A program made the position numbers and the translations under genes. From Phyllobates terribilis (Eukaryota): a stretch of DNA of 64,000 bases. Shown piece after piece: positions 63,501-64,000 of the stretch. The first letter of the stretch is position 1. Every line of letters starts with the position of its first letter. The notes under the pieces were generated by a model, which saw nothing but the letters and a program-made list of their open reading frames with translations, searched no databases and was not told the DNA's origin. The stretch is from contig NW_027362768.1 of the NCBI RefSeq assembly GCF_046119375.1, positions 56,668,001 to 56,732,000 on the forward strand, read 5' to 3'.

Positions 63501-64000
63501 CTACTGTGACCTCCACCACTTTTCCAAGGGGCATTAAAACCATCTTGTTAAGCTACTGGGACCTCCACGTCTCTTCTGAGGGGCATTAAAAGCGTCTTGT
63601 TAAGCTACTGCGACCTCCACCACTTTTCAGAGGGGCATTAAAACTGTCTTGTTAAGCTACTGGGACCTCCACGTCTCTTCCAAGGGCCATTCAAACCATC
63701 TTGCTAAGCTACTGCGACCTCCACCACTTTTCCAAGGGGCATTCAAACCGTCTTGTTAAGCTACTGTGACCTCCACGTCTCTTCAAAGGGGCATTAAAGC
63801 GTCTTCTTAAGCCACTCTGAACTCCACAGCTCTTCTAAGGGACATTGAAATGTTGTTTTTAATTACCTCTAACCTCCACGACTCTTCCAACGGGCATTGC
63901 ATTTCCTCCTAATTTTAGTCAGCTTTTGCTTTTCAATGCAAAGGCGAAAACTAAGGGAGACCCACTCCCCAATAGGGGGTAGAAGGTTTTTAGTATGCTG
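60560..64000. repeat. Composite tandem array: runs of a 52-bp unit alternating with runs of a 133-bp unit; 1203-bp higher-order repeat
   Basis: 52-bp unit CAAGGGGCATTAAAACCGTCTTGTTAAGCTACTGGGACCTCCACGTCTCTTC. 133-bp period at 61585, 61718 and 61851. Block ~61115-62320 repeats at +1203 (near-identical ORFs at 61452 and 62655). Confidence 0.95.

Larger units (their letters stand above)
53817..64000 (+). mobile_element. hAT element D (runs off the window end)
   Basis: Left end TAGTGTTGAG with CGAGC/GCTCG subterminal repeats. Contains a 5' array, a transposase pseudogene and a 3' composite array. Right TIR and second TSD copy are outside the window; left flank is GTTATAAT. Confidence 0.88.

Overview
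Vertebrate genomic DNA; the repeat content (T2/Kolobok-type MITEs, V-SINE, TTAA elements, Tc1s) suggests a frog, by inference. The only host gene is the 3' end of hemicentin-1 (HMCN1): a penultimate exon at 2578-2704 and a terminal exon at 36724-37090, joined by a 34,019-bp intron. Almost everything else is nested transposable elements. These include two chromodomain Gypsy (Tf1/sushi-type) retrotransposons whose primer sites look self-priming, seven decayed Tc1 copies or fragments, a piggyBac-type TTAA element, Penelope remnants with hammerhead-like motifs, and four related large hAT elements. The most striking object is a 10.8-kb hAT element (15305-26086, perfect 8-bp TSD GGAAAGTC) inserted into another hAT transposase. 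It carries an intact 1226-aa transposase, a 110-bp tandem array directly upstream of the ATG, old-looking cargo, and a ~275-bp antisense 18S rRNA fragment near its right end. The hAT copies repeatedly show tandem arrays hugging the transposase ORF, with 110-150-bp units on the 5' side and 52/130-bp units on the 3' side, some with higher-order structure. There is also a near-identical 556-bp locally templated inverted insertion and one 164-N assembly gap. Family assignments come from motif recall by eye; no database search was run.
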